From Armatimonadota bacterium (GTDB taxonomy: Bacteria > Sysuimicrobiota > Sysuimicrobiia > Sysuimicrobiales > Kaftiobacteriaceae): DNA of 48,904 bases. The translations under genes were made by a program, and so were the position numbers. Below the pieces are notes generated by a model. The model ran no database searches. It was not told where the DNA came from and saw only the letters and a program-made list of their open reading frames with translations. The stretch is taken from contig JBBIUY010000012.1 of the NCBI GenBank assembly GCA_037440005.1, positions 25,165-74,068 on the forward strand, written 5' to 3'. Positions 7,543-16,496 of the stretch are shown here, in pieces; the stretch's first letter is position 1, and the number at the start of each line of letters is the position of its first letter.

Positions 7543-10002
7543 GTGACGCCATCTCCGGACGAGTTGCGGGCGCGCCACCGCCTGCGGCCCGAGCAGCTGC
7601 GCTGGGTGTGCGACCCCGAGGCGTTGCCCTTCCGCACCACCGCCGAACTGCGGGCCGACGAGGTGATCGTGGGCCAGGAGCGCGCCGTGCGGGCCCTGGA
7701 CCTGGGGCTGGCCATGGCCCAGCCGGGCTACCACATCTACATCTCCGGGCCGGTGGGCACCGGGCGCACCACCTACGCCCGCAAGAAGATCCAGGCCGCC
7801 GCCGCCGGCCGCCCGGTGCCCCCCGACTGGTGCTACGTCTACAACTTCCAGCAGCCGGACCAGCCCACGGCCCTGTCTCTCCCGGCGGGGCTGGGCGCGC
7901 GGTTCCGCCGGGACATGGCGGAGCTGGTGGACGAGCTGCAGGACGTCATCCGCAAGGTGTTCGGCAGCGAGACCTACGCCCAGCGGCGCCGGGAGCTGGT
8001 GTCCACCTTCGAGCAGCAGATCAACACCATCTGGCGCGACCTGGAGGCCAAAGCGGCCCAGCTGGGGTTCGCCCTGCAGCGGACCCCGGCGGGCATCAAC
8101 ACCATCCCCGTGGGACCGTCGGGGGAACCCATCACCCCCGAGCAGTTCGCCCTGTTCACCGAGGCCCAGAAGGAGGAGATCAACCGCCGCGGCCGCGCCC
8201 TGGCCGACGAAGTGAGCGAGGCCCTGCGCCGGGTGCGGACCGTGGAGCGGGAGGCCCGGGACGCTCTGCGGGAGTTGGAGCAGCGGGCCGTGCGGTCGGC
8301 CGCGGCCCACGCCATCGGCCGCCTGCGGGAGCGGTACGCCGACCACCCCAAGGTGGTGGCCTACCTGGACCAGGTCCTGGACGACGTGGTGGAGCACCTG
8401 GACCTGTTCAAGGAGCAGGAAGAGCCTGCGGTCCCGTTCCCGCTGGCCGGGCTGGTGCGCCGGGACGCCTTCACCCGCTACCAGGTGAACCTGGTGGTGG
8501 ACAACAGCCGCCTGGAGGGCGCCCCGGTGGTGGAAGAGCCCAACCCCACCTACTACAACCTGGTGGGCAAGGTGGAGTACCGGGGCGAGCTGGGCGCGCT
8601 GGTGACCGACTTCACCATGATCAAGGCGGGCGCCCTGCAGCGGGCCAACGGGGGGTTCCTGCTGCTGCAGGCCCGGGACGTCCTGCTGAACCCCTTCGCC
8701 TGGGACGCCCTCAAGCGGGCGCTGAAGAGCGGGGAGGTCCGCATCGAGAACATCGGCGAGCAGCTGGGGCTGGTGCCCACCGCCACCCTGCGGCCCGAGC
8801 CCATCCCCCTGGACATCAAGGTGGTCCTGGTGGGCACCCCGCTCCTGTACCTGCTGCTGTACGTGCTGGACGACGACTTCCGCAAGCTGTTCAAGGTCAA
8901 GGCCGAGTTCGACGTGGACGTGGAGCGCACCGAGGAGACGATGCGGGCCTACGCCGCCGCCGTGGGAGCCATCTGCAACCGGCAGGGCCTGAGGCCCTTC
9001 GACCGCTCGGCGGTGGCGCGGGTGCTGGAATACAGCGCCCGGCTGGCCGAGCACCAGCAGCGGCTGAGCACGCGCTTCAACGAGGTGGTGGAGGTCGTCT
9101 ACGAGGCGTCGGCGTGGGCCCGGCAGGCCGGTCGGGACGTGGTCACCGCCGCCGACGTGGACCGGGCCGTCGAGGAGAAGGTCTACCGGTCCAACCGGGT
9201 CGAGGAGCGGCTGCGCAAGGCCATCGCCGAAGGCCAGCTCCTGGTGGACGTCCGGGGGGCGGTGCCGGGGCAGGTGAACGGTCTGTCGGTGCTGCAGCTG
9301 GGCGACTACAGCTTCGGCCACCCCAGCCGCATCACCGCCCGGACCTACGTGGGCAACCGGGGCGTGGTGAACATCGAGCGCGAGACCGAGATGTCCGGGC
9401 GCATCCACAGCAAGGGGGTGGCCATCCTGGCCAACTACCTGGGGGGCAAGTACGCCCAGAACCAGCCCCTCAGCCTCAACGCCTCCCTGACCTTCGAGCA
9501 GACCTACACCGAGGTGGAGGGCGACAGCGCCAGCTCCACCGAGCTGTACGCCCTGCTGTCGGACCTGGCCGGGGTGCCCATCGACCAGGGCATCGCCGTC
9601 ACCGGGTCCGTGAACCAGAAGGGCGAGATCCAGCCCATCGGCGGCGTCAACGAGAAGATCGAGGGCTACTTCGCCGTCTGCAAGGTCCTGGGGCTCACCG
9701 GCCGCCAGGGGGTGATGATCCCGGCCCAGAACGTCACCAACCTCATGCTCAAGCCCGAGGTGGTGGAGGCGGTCCGGCGGGGGGAGTTCCACATCTACGC
9801 GGTGCGCACCATCGACGAGGGTCTGGAGGTGCTCACGGGTATGCCCGCCGGCGAGCCGGGCCCGGACGGCACCTACCCCGAGGGGACGGTGAACTACCTG
9901 GTGAGCAAGCGGCTGCAGGAACTGGCCGAGCGCCTGCGGCGGTTCGCGCCGGGGGCGCGGGCGGGCGACGGCAGGAACGAGGACAAAGACACAGGCCGCT
10001 AG
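7543..10002 (+). CDS. Lon-family serine protease, LonC-like (AAA-like domain + Lon protease domain)
   Basis: EGDSAS and GGVNEKIEG Ser-Lys dyad; TGSVNQKG; Walker-A-like GPVGTGRTT; AGGAGG RBS before GTG 7543. Confidence 0.92.
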   Translation: MTPSPDELRARHRLRPEQLRWVCDPEALPFRTTAELRADEVIVGQERAVRALDLGLAMAQPGYHIYISGPVGTGRTTYARKKIQAAAAGRPVPPDWCYVYNFQQPDQPTALSLPAGLGARFRRDMAELVDELQDVIRKVFGSETYAQRRRELVSTFEQQINTIWRDLEAKAAQLGFALQRTPAGINTIPVGPSGEPITPEQFALFTEAQKEEINRRGRALADEVSEALRRVRTVEREARDALRELEQRAVRSAAAHAIGRLRERYADHPKVVAYLDQVLDDVVEHLDLFKEQEEPAVPFPLAGLVRRDAFTRYQVNLVVDNSRLEGAPVVEEPNPTYYNLVGKVEYRGELGALVTDFTMIKAGALQRANGGFLLLQARDVLLNPFAWDALKRALKSGEVRIENIGEQLGLVPTATLRPEPIPLDIKVVLVGTPLLYLLLYVLDDDFRKLFKVKAEFDVDVERTEETMRAYAAAVGAICNRQGLRPFDRSAVARVLEYSARLAEHQQRLSTRFNEVVEVVYEASAWARQAGRDVVTAADVDRAVEEKVYRSNRVEERLRKAIAEGQLLVDVRGAVPGQVNGLSVLQLGDYSFGHPSRITARTYVGNRGVVNIERETEMSGRIHSKGVAILANYLGGKYAQNQPLSLNASLTFEQTYTEVEGDSASSTELYALLSDLAGVPIDQGIAVTGSVNQKGEIQPIGGVNEKIEGYFAVCKVLGLTGRQGVMIPAQNVTNLMLKPEVVEAVRRGEFHIYAVRTIDEGLEVLTGMPAGEPGPDGTYPEGTVNYLVSKRLQELAERLRRFAPGARAGDGRNEDKDTGR

Positions 10003-10019
10003 GAGGGGTCGCGGGCGGG

Positions 10020-10799
10020 GTGGACCTGGGGCTGCGCGGTCAGACGGCCCTGGTGGCCGCCGCCAGCCGGGGGTTGGGCAAGGCGGTGGCGCGGGCGCTT
10101 GCCGGAGAGGGAGCCCGGGTGGCCATCTGCGCCCGCACCGCGGAGGCGCTGGAGCGGGCGGCCGCCGAGATCGGCGGCGAGGTTCTGCCGGTGGTGGCCG
10201 ACCTGACCCGGGCGGAGGACATCCACCGCTTCGTGCAGGCGGCGGTGGACCGGTTCGGCCGCATCGACATCCTGGTGACCAACACGGGCGGGCCGCCGGC
10301 GGGGTCGTTTCTGGACACCGACGACGAGCAGTGGCGGGCGGCGGTGGAGCTGCTCCTGATGAGCGCCGTGCGCCTGTCCCGGGCCGTCGTCCCCCACATG
10401 CGGCGCGGGGGCGGCGGGCGCATCGTCCACATCGCCTCGTTCGTGGTCCGCCAGCCCCTGCCCGGGCTGGTCCTCAGCAACGCCGTCCGCCTGGCGGTGG
10501 TGGGGCTGGCCAAGACCCAGGCCCTGGAGCTGGCGCCGGACATCCTGGTGAACGCCGTCTGCCCGGGGCCCATCGCCACCGAGCGGCTCGAGGAGGTGAC
10601 CAGGGCGTTCGCCGAGCGCGAGGGCCTCAGCTACCGGGAGGCGGAGCGGCGGCTGTGGACGGACCAGGTGCCCCTGGGCCGGGTCGGCCGGCCCGAGGAG
10701 CTGGCTCACGTGGTGGCGTTCCTGGCGTCCCCCCGCGCCAGCTACGTCACCGGCACCACCGTGCTGGTGGACGGCGGCCTGGTGAAGGCGACGTGGTAG
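10020..10799 (+). CDS. SDR family oxidoreductase
   Basis: MDLGLRGQTALVAAASRGLG, NTGGP and SYVTG...VDGG motifs; AGGAGG RBS. Confidence 0.9.
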   Translation: MDLGLRGQTALVAAASRGLGKAVARALAGEGARVAICARTAEALERAAAEIGGEVLPVVADLTRAEDIHRFVQAAVDRFGRIDILVTNTGGPPAGSFLDTDDEQWRAAVELLLMSAVRLSRAVVPHMRRGGGGRIVHIASFVVRQPLPGLVLSNAVRLAVVGLAKTQALELAPDILVNAVCPGPIATERLEEVTRAFAEREGLSYREAERRLWTDQVPLGRVGRPEELAHVVAFLASPRASYVTGTTVLVDGGLVKATW

Positions 10800-11491
10800 T
10801 CCGCCTCCTCCGGCGGCATCCGACGCTGCTGGCCGCCTGCCTGCTGCTCCTCGCGGCGTCCGCCCGGGCGGCCTCCCGGACGCCGGTAGCCTTCCGGGCC
10901 GACGACGACGTGGTCCTGCGCGGGTGGCTGTGGCCCGGCGGCCGCACCGCCGTGGTGCTGTCCCACATGTTCGGCGCCGACCAGTCCGTCTGGACGGACC
11001 TGGCCCACCTGCTGGCGGGGCGCGGCTACACCGTGCTCACCTACGACTTCCGGGGCGTGGGCCGCTCCGGAGGCCGCCTGGTGATCGCCGAGGTGGACCG
11101 GGACGTCCGGGCGGCCGTCCGGCACGTCCGGGCCCGCGGCGCCCGTCGGGTGGTCCTCGTGGGGGCCAGCATGGGCGGCACGGCGTCGCTGGTGGCGGCG
11201 GCGCGGACACCGGTGCACGGCGTGGTCGTCATCGCCAGCGGGACGCGGTTTGCGGGGCTGGACGCCCGGCCGCACCTGCCCGCCCTGCGGGTGCCCAAGC
11301 TGTTCATCGTGGGCAGCGGCGACCAGCCCTTCCACGACAGCGTGCGCTACATGCACCGGGTGAGCCCGCCCCCCAAGCACCTGCTGGTCCTGCCCACCTC
11401 GGCCCACGGGACCCACATGCTGCAGACCCGGCACCGCGCCGCCATCGAGGCGGCCATCCTGGACTTCCTGAAACGGTACGCCGGGTCCTGA
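10793..11491 (+). CDS. Secreted alpha/beta hydrolase
   Basis: Signal-peptide-like N-terminus, YDFRGVGRS, nucleophile elbow GASMGG, late HG; start overlaps the SDR stop and is approximate. Confidence 0.82.
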   Translation: MVVRLLRRHPTLLAACLLLLAASARAASRTPVAFRADDDVVLRGWLWPGGRTAVVLSHMFGADQSVWTDLAHLLAGRGYTVLTYDFRGVGRSGGRLVIAEVDRDVRAAVRHVRARGARRVVLVGASMGGTASLVAAARTPVHGVVVIASGTRFAGLDARPHLPALRVPKLFIVGSGDQPFHDSVRYMHRVSPPPKHLLVLPTSAHGTHMLQTRHRAAIEAAILDFLKRYAGS

Positions 11492-11534
11492 CGGGACGTC
11501 GGCTGAGGGCCGCCGGGAGGAGGGAGCGCCGGCC

Positions 11535-11612
11535 TGGTGCCCCCAGCGGGATTCGAACCCGCGTTACCGGCTTGAAAGACCGGTGTCCTGGGCCGGGCTA
11601 GACGATGGGGGC
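11535..11612 (-). tRNA. tRNA-Glu (TTC)
   Basis: Reverse complement GCCCCCATCGTCTAG...CTTTCAA...GGTTCGAATCCC...GGGGGCACCA. Confidence 0.96.
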
Positions 11613-11626
11613 CTGCCGACGAGGTC

Positions 11627-11632
11627 ATTATA
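11627..11632 (-). promoter_or_regulatory. -10 box (TATAAT) of tRNA-Glu promoter
   Basis: Perfect TATAAT on the minus strand 14 nt upstream of the tRNA in a very GC-rich background. Confidence 0.75.
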
Positions 11633-11648
11633 GCGGAAACGGGGACAC

Positions 11649-11748
11649 GCGGAAGCGCGACCGCGCGACCGCCCGACCGCGCGACCGCCGCATTTACCTT
11701 CAACCTCCAACCTTCAACCTTCAACGCAGTAAAAAGGGGGGAGAGGGC
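11649..11748. repeat. Composite octamer/heptamer intergenic element, copy A
   Basis: gcggaagcgcg + about 4 x (g/c)cgaccgc + 4 x acctYca + acgcagt + aaagggggga gagggc; same architecture at 15659-15778. Confidence 0.85.
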
Positions 11749-11810
11749 ACGGGTGGGGGGCTGCGAGCGCGAAAACCCGGACGCGGAGAAACCACAGAAG
11801 GGGGACGGAC

Positions 11811-12350
11811 ATGGTGGTGGACGGACAGCCGGTGGGCGAAGACGAGCAGTGGCGCGAGGCGCACCTGCAGGCCCTGCGGCTGGCCCGGCAGCTGCGCGAC
11901 ATCAGCCGGGTCTTCCGCCGGTACGCGGGGGAGCTGACGTACCACCCCCAGACGGGCCTGCAGGGCCGCGTGGGGCAGGACCTGCGTGATGCGGCCGCGG
12001 CGCTGCGCGAGGTCCTGGACGCGGTGGCCGCCGTGAGCGCGCGCTGGGACGAGGAGCTGACCTGGCTGCGCCGGCGGGACCCCCTGGCGCCCGTGGAGGA
12101 GGTCCAGCGCGACCACGCCGCCGCGCGGGAGGCGGTGCGGCTGACCCGGGCGGCCCTGGAGGTGTTCGAGCAGGCGGTCGGGCGCCCCGAGACGGCCGCG
12201 CTGGACGCGCCCTACGGCGCGGGGGCGCCCCGGCGGGTGCACCCCGGCGCCCAGTGCACGTGGGTCGCCCAGCGCGCCGAGCAGCTGGCCACCCTGCTGT
12301 CCACGATCACCCTGCGCAAGGAGAACCTGCTGCGGGCGCAGGCGGTTTGA
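11811..12350 (+). CDS. Hypothetical, probably all-helical protein
   Basis: 179-aa ORF with strong GC3 bias and an upstream purine-rich RBS; no recognised motif. Confidence 0.75.
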   Translation: MVVDGQPVGEDEQWREAHLQALRLARQLRDISRVFRRYAGELTYHPQTGLQGRVGQDLRDAAAALREVLDAVAAVSARWDEELTWLRRRDPLAPVEEVQRDHAAAREAVRLTRAALEVFEQAVGRPETAALDAPYGAGAPRRVHPGAQCTWVAQRAEQLATLLSTITLRKENLLRAQAV

Positions 12351-12413
12351 CCGGCGTCGGGCGGACGCGTACAATGGGGCCAACTGGACACACCACACCG
12401 GGGAGGTGCTGAG

Positions 12414-12767
12414 ATGGCAAAGTCCTACGGCAAGTGGGGTGGCCTGATTCTGCTGGTCCTGGGCGTGATCGGTCTTTTTTCCCGTCCTCAGTTCATCGGC
12501 CTCAACACCGAGTGGCCAGAGACCATCATCCACCTGGTGGCCGGCGCCGTCCTGGCCTACGTGGGGTTCCGGGGCGCCGACGCCCAGGCCCGCACCTGGG
12601 CCTACGTGGCCGGAGTCGTCTTCCTGCTGATCGGCCTGGTGGGCTTTGTCAACAAGAACTTCTTCGGCCTGGCGCCGCAGGTGGGGTTCAGCACGTTTGA
12701 CAACATCGTGCACCTGGCCTACGGCGTCGTCGGGCTGTGGGCGGGGTACAGCACCAAGAGTTCCTAG
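12414..12767 (+). CDS. Small 4-TM membrane protein (DUF4383-like)
   Basis: Four hydrophobic segments, IIHL and DNIVHL motifs; GGAGGT RBS; TACAAT upstream. Confidence 0.8.
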   Translation: MAKSYGKWGGLILLVLGVIGLFSRPQFIGLNTEWPETIIHLVAGAVLAYVGFRGADAQARTWAYVAGVVFLLIGLVGFVNKNFFGLAPQVGFSTFDNIVHLAYGVVGLWAGYSTKSS

Positions 12768-12795
12768 CCGTCCGACAGGAGGGCGGTGTGGCGGC

Positions 12796-12821
12796 GGGGC
12801 CCTGACGGCCGTCAGGGCCCC
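12796..12821. terminator. GC-rich palindromic hairpin (possible terminator)
   Basis: ggggccctgacggccgtcagggcccc perfect palindrome just after the stop at 12767; only a weak U-tail. Confidence 0.5.
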
Positions 12822-12837
12822 GCCGGTTTGCAGGCCG

Positions 12838-13404
12838 ATGCGCGTCTACACCGTGGGTCACTCCACCCGCTCCCTGGAGGAGTTTGTTGACCTGCTGCAG
12901 GCGTACGGGGTGACCCTGCTGATAGACGTCCGGGTGGCCCCGTCGTCCCGCCGGTTCCCCCACTTCACCGCCGCCTCCCTGCAGGCAGCTCTGCGGGCGG
13001 TCGGGATCTCCTACCGGCACCTGAAGGACCTGGGCGGCTGGCGCCGGCCGCGCCCTGACTCCCCCCACACCGGCTGGCGCAGCCCGGGGTTCCGGGGCTA
13101 TGCCGACCACATGGAGACGCCGCAGTTTGCCCTGGCCCTGGAGGAGGTCCTGGCCCGCGCCCGCACCGACGTGGTGGCTCTCATGTGCGCCGAAGCGGTC
13201 CCCTGGCGCTGCCACCGCCAGCTGGTGGCCGACGCCCTGCTGGCCCGCGGGGTGGAGGTGGTGCACATCCGCGACCGCGCCCGGTCCGAGCCGCACCGGC
13301 TGACGCCGTTTGCCCGCCTGGAGGGCACGCGGGTGGTGTACGACGGCGCCCCGCCGGCCGCCCGCCCGCGCCGGTCTACTGGGGCCGGACGGGCGGGCCG
13401 GTGA
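12838..13404 (+). CDS. DUF488 family protein
   Basis: VYTVGHSTR, LIDVR, LGG-x-R, FRGYADHM and MCAEAVPWRCHR motifs. Confidence 0.9.
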   Translation: MRVYTVGHSTRSLEEFVDLLQAYGVTLLIDVRVAPSSRRFPHFTAASLQAALRAVGISYRHLKDLGGWRRPRPDSPHTGWRSPGFRGYADHMETPQFALALEEVLARARTDVVALMCAEAVPWRCHRQLVADALLARGVEVVHIRDRARSEPHRLTPFARLEGTRVVYDGAPPAARPRRSTGAGRAGR

Positions 13405-14854
13405 CTCCCCGGAAGCCGTAGCCCCGGTACACCACGAACCGCCGCACGACGACGCCCCCGGACACCACGACCGCGTCCGGCAGCCTCTCCACCCGCCGGA
13501 ACAGGCGGTGCAACGGCATCCCGGGGCCGGTGGCGGCGTCGTTGACCACGATGGCGTTGTCGTCCACGAACGCCTGCGCCGGGAGGAAGAGCGCAAACGC
13601 GTCGTCGCGGACCTCCGAGAAGGCACTCCAGCGGCGGGGCACGGTGGTGACCGGGACGCGGCCGCGGAAGTGGTAGCTCAGCTGGCCGGCCACCTGGTAG
13701 GAGGGCGCCAGAACCACGACCCCGGGTTCGGCGGGCGTGGCCGCCAGGTCCGCCTCGATCCGGCGGATCACCTGAGGCCACCCCCACAGCTGTCCCGCCA
13801 CAGACGGCGTGGGCCGGAGCGGGACGAGGTGCACGACGGCGACCACGGCCAAATTCAGCGCCACCGCCCACGTCCCCAGACGCCGCCACCCCGCCCCCGA
13901 CGCCCGCGCCGTCCACAGGGCGGCCGCGGGAACGAGCGCCATCAGGTAGCCGGGGGCGGGCCAGTGCGGCTTGGGGATCCCCCGCAGGCTGCCCACGGCG
14001 GTGGCCACCAGCGTGGGTGCGGCCGCCCACCCCCACAGGGCGTACCGCGGGTCCTGCCGGTGTTCTCGGCTGAATGTGCGCACGGCGGCGGCGACCAGCA
14101 GCGGGGCGGCCAGGGGGCCGTAATAGCCCAGCTGCGCGGCGGCGAACAGGGCGGCGTCCCGCCAGCCGTCCAGGGCCGTCCAGGGAGTTGGGCTACTGGA
14201 CCGGGCCAGCAGGATCCAGCGGTGGTGCATGTTCCAGACAATCAGCGGAGCCGCCACCACGACCGCGGCGGCGGCCGCCAGATACGGATGAGGGCGCGTC
14301 CACCACGTCCTGCCGGGTGGGGAGGCGACGAGAAAGCCCATCAGGCCCACTCCCAGCAGGACAGCGGGCAGCTTGCTCTGGACCGCCAGTCCGAGCGATG
14401 CGCCGGCGGCCAGCCAGAAGGCCACGCGGCCCGTGGTGCGGGCCTGCCAGACCAGCCACACCGTCAGGATCCAGAAGAAGCTCATGGGCGCGTCCGGCAC
14501 CGCCAGCACCGCGCCCAGCGCGAAGGCGGGCACGGTCTGGTACCACAGCGCGGCCAGGATGCCCACCCGGGCGTCCCACAGACGGCGGCCTGTATCCAGC
14601 AGCAGCAGCGATGAGCCCAGCGCCAGCAGCACCGGCCCCAGCCGCAGGCCCAGTGGCCCGTCGCCGGCCAGGGCGGTGGTGGCGCGGACCAGCAGGGCGA
14701 TCAGCGGCGGGTGGTCGGGGTAGCCCCAGTCCAGGTGGCGGGACCACGTCCAGTAGTACGCTTCGTCGTCGATGGGCGGAAAGGACGCCGCAAACGCCAG
14801 GCGCGCCAGCGTGATCAGGGCCAGCAGCAGGACGGCCTGCCGGACCTTATGCAC
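13376..14854 (-). CDS. GT-C (family 39/83, ArnT/PMT-like) membrane glycosyltransferase
   Basis: DDEAYYWTWS..LDWGYPDHPPL motif, multiple TM helices, K-x-HW. Confidence 0.88.
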   Translation of the reverse strand: MHKVRQAVLLLALITLARLAFAASFPPIDDEAYYWTWSRHLDWGYPDHPPLIALLVRATTALAGDGPLGLRLGPVLLALGSSLLLLDTGRRLWDARVGILAALWYQTVPAFALGAVLAVPDAPMSFFWILTVWLVWQARTTGRVAFWLAAGASLGLAVQSKLPAVLLGVGLMGFLVASPPGRTWWTRPHPYLAAAAAVVVAAPLIVWNMHHRWILLARSSSPTPWTALDGWRDAALFAAAQLGYYGPLAAPLLVAAAVRTFSREHRQDPRYALWGWAAAPTLVATAVGSLRGIPKPHWPAPGYLMALVPAAALWTARASGAGWRRLGTWAVALNLAVVAVVHLVPLRPTPSVAGQLWGWPQVIRRIEADLAATPAEPGVVVLAPSYQVAGQLSYHFRGRVPVTTVPRRWSAFSEVRDDAFALFLPAQAFVDDNAIVVNDAATGPGMPLHRLFRRVERLPDAVVVSGGVVVRRFVVYRGYGFRGVTGPPVRPQ

Positions 14855-15593
14855 GCCGCGCGTCCAGCAGGCGCCGGGCCGCCGCCCACACCTGGTCCAG
14901 CATCGCCTCGGTGAGCCGGCCGGTCTGGGTGTTCTGGCGGCTGGGGTGGTAGGAGGCGATCAGGAACGGAGGAAGGCCGCCGCCGAGCCGGTAGACCTCC
15001 CCGTGGCGGAAGCGGGGACGCGGCCGGGGCAGGACCGCGCCCAGGCTCTCCGCCAGGCGCAGATAGTGGGCGAAGGCGACCTGGCCCAGCGTCACCACCA
15101 CCCGGACGCGGCGCAGCAGGGCCAGCTCGCGGCGGAGGTACGCAGCGCAGGTGCGGATCTCCCGGAGCGTCGGACGGTTGTCCGGCGGGGCGCAGCGCAC
15201 GGTGGCGGTGATGTACACGTCGCGCAGGCGCAGCCCGTCGCCGCGGCGCTCGGAGGTCGGCTGGGACGCGAAGCCGGCCCTGTGCAGCGCGCGCATCAGC
15301 CACCTCCCCGAACTGTCGCCGGTGAACATGCGGCCCGTGCGGTTGGCGCCGTGGGCCGCCGGGGCCAGCCCGATGACCAGCAGCCGCGCCCGGGGATCGC
15401 CCATGCCGGGCACGGGCCGCCCCCAGTAGTCCCAGGCCTGGAACTCGCGCTTTTTCAGCCGGGCGACCCTCTCCCGGTACCGGACCAGGCGTGGGCAGCG
15501 GCGGCAGGCGATGACGGTGCGGGCCAGATCGGCCAGCGCCGGCAGCCGGGCTGCGTCGCCGATGATGTCGGACAGAGGCGCCGGATCAGGCAT
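14847..15593 (-). CDS. udgB: Uracil-DNA glycosylase family 5 (4Fe-4S)
   Basis: CRRCPRL, GLAPAAHGANRTGRMFTGD, RCAPP-x-N-x-P and YHPS-x-QNT motifs. Confidence 0.9.
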   Translation of the reverse strand: MPDPAPLSDIIGDAARLPALADLARTVIACRRCPRLVRYRERVARLKKREFQAWDYWGRPVPGMGDPRARLLVIGLAPAAHGANRTGRMFTGDSSGRWLMRALHRAGFASQPTSERRGDGLRLRDVYITATVRCAPPDNRPTLREIRTCAAYLRRELALLRRVRVVVTLGQVAFAHYLRLAESLGAVLPRPRPRFRHGEVYRLGGGLPPFLIASYHPSRQNTQTGRLTEAMLDQVWAAARRLLDARRA

Positions 15594-15658
15594 CGGATTG
15601 TGGACGTTGTGGGGTCGGTCCGGTCATTGGCTTCGTGCGCCGCGCCCGGACGTCCTGC

Positions 15659-15778
15659 GCGGAAGCGCGCCCGCGCGACCACCCGACCGCCTGACTGCGC
15701 GACCGCCCGACTGCCCGACCGCCCGCCTCAGTTACCTTCAACCTCCAACCTTCAACGCAGTTAAAGGGGGGAGAGGGC
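15659..15778. repeat. Composite octamer/heptamer intergenic element, copy B (followed by gatccct heptamers at 15793-15818)
   Basis: Same flanks as copy A with about 7 octamers and 3 heptamers. Confidence 0.85.
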
Positions 15779-15827
15779 GGGGATGAGGGGGACCCTGATC
15801 CCTGATCCCCGATCCCTGTTCCCGTAG

Positions 15828-15833
15828 TATAAT
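15828..15833 (+). promoter_or_regulatory. -10 box (TATAAT) of tRNA-Val promoter
   Basis: TATAAT 8 nt upstream of the tRNA start. Confidence 0.78.
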
Positions 15834-15841
15834 CAGACCAC

Positions 15842-15917
15842 GGGCGGTTAGCTCAGCGGTTAGAGCGCATGCTTCACACGCATGAGGCCAGAGGTTCAAA
15901 TCCTCTACCGCCCACCA
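15842..15917 (+). tRNA. tRNA-Val (CAC)
   Basis: GGGCGGTTAGCTCAG...TTCACAC...GGTTCAAATCC...CCGCCCACCA; 76 nt. Confidence 0.97.
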
Positions 15918-16181
15918 CGTTACGCCCCCCCCGGGGGCAGGCCGCGCCGACGATCACTCCCCAGCTGCTGGCGGTGGGCACCGCCGACGTGCGCTGGAAA
16001 GTGGCCGGGTCCGGAGCCGGACCAGGCGCCTGATGAGGCGGTTCCAGGTGCGGTGAGTGCAGGGGCCGGCGCGGCCGCGGCGTAGTCCAGGTTAGACCGT
16101 TCCCGGCCCCCGGGGTCCGCCGGCGGGGGCGCCGTCATCCCAGACCTGTCGGGCCGGGACGGCAGGCACCTCAGGAGGGGA

Positions 16182-16472
16182 GTGGGGACGGTGGACCGGT
16201 TCCTGATCGAGTCGCCCCACGAGCCCGGGGACTGCGCCCGGCTGCTGCAGCTGGTCCGGGCGGCGGGCTACCTGCACAACTTCGACTGGGGCTGCAAGGC
16301 GGGCGTGCACTGCGGGTGGGCGATCGTGGAGGCCGACAGCGAGTCGCACGCGCTGCTGGCCGTGCCGCCCCTGGTGCGGTCCCGGGCGCGGATCGTCCGG
16401 CTGAACAAGTTCACCCCCGAGGAGGTGGACCCGCTGCACGGCGGTCCCCCGCCTCCGCCCCGGCCGGGCTAG
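16182..16472 (+). CDS. Small hypothetical protein with His/Cys motifs
   Basis: AGGAGG RBS; FLIESPH...C...HNFDWGC..G.H.GW.IVEA; GC3 bias; alternative GTG start at 16191. Confidence 0.8.
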   Translation: MGTVDRFLIESPHEPGDCARLLQLVRAAGYLHNFDWGCKAGVHCGWAIVEADSESHALLAVPPLVRSRARIVRLNKFTPEEVDPLHGGPPPPPRPG

Positions 16473-16496
16473 CCGCAGCCCTCCGGGCCGAACGGT

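Noticed and set aside
15993..16047. Hammerhead ribozyme suggested by CTGATGAG and GAAA
   Set aside because: Stems II and III and the NUH cleavage triplet cannot be formed in the required arrangement.
15920..16138. tmRNA suggested by an ...NLDYAAAA peptide on the minus strand
   Set aside because: No stop follows the peptide and no tRNA-like ends are present.
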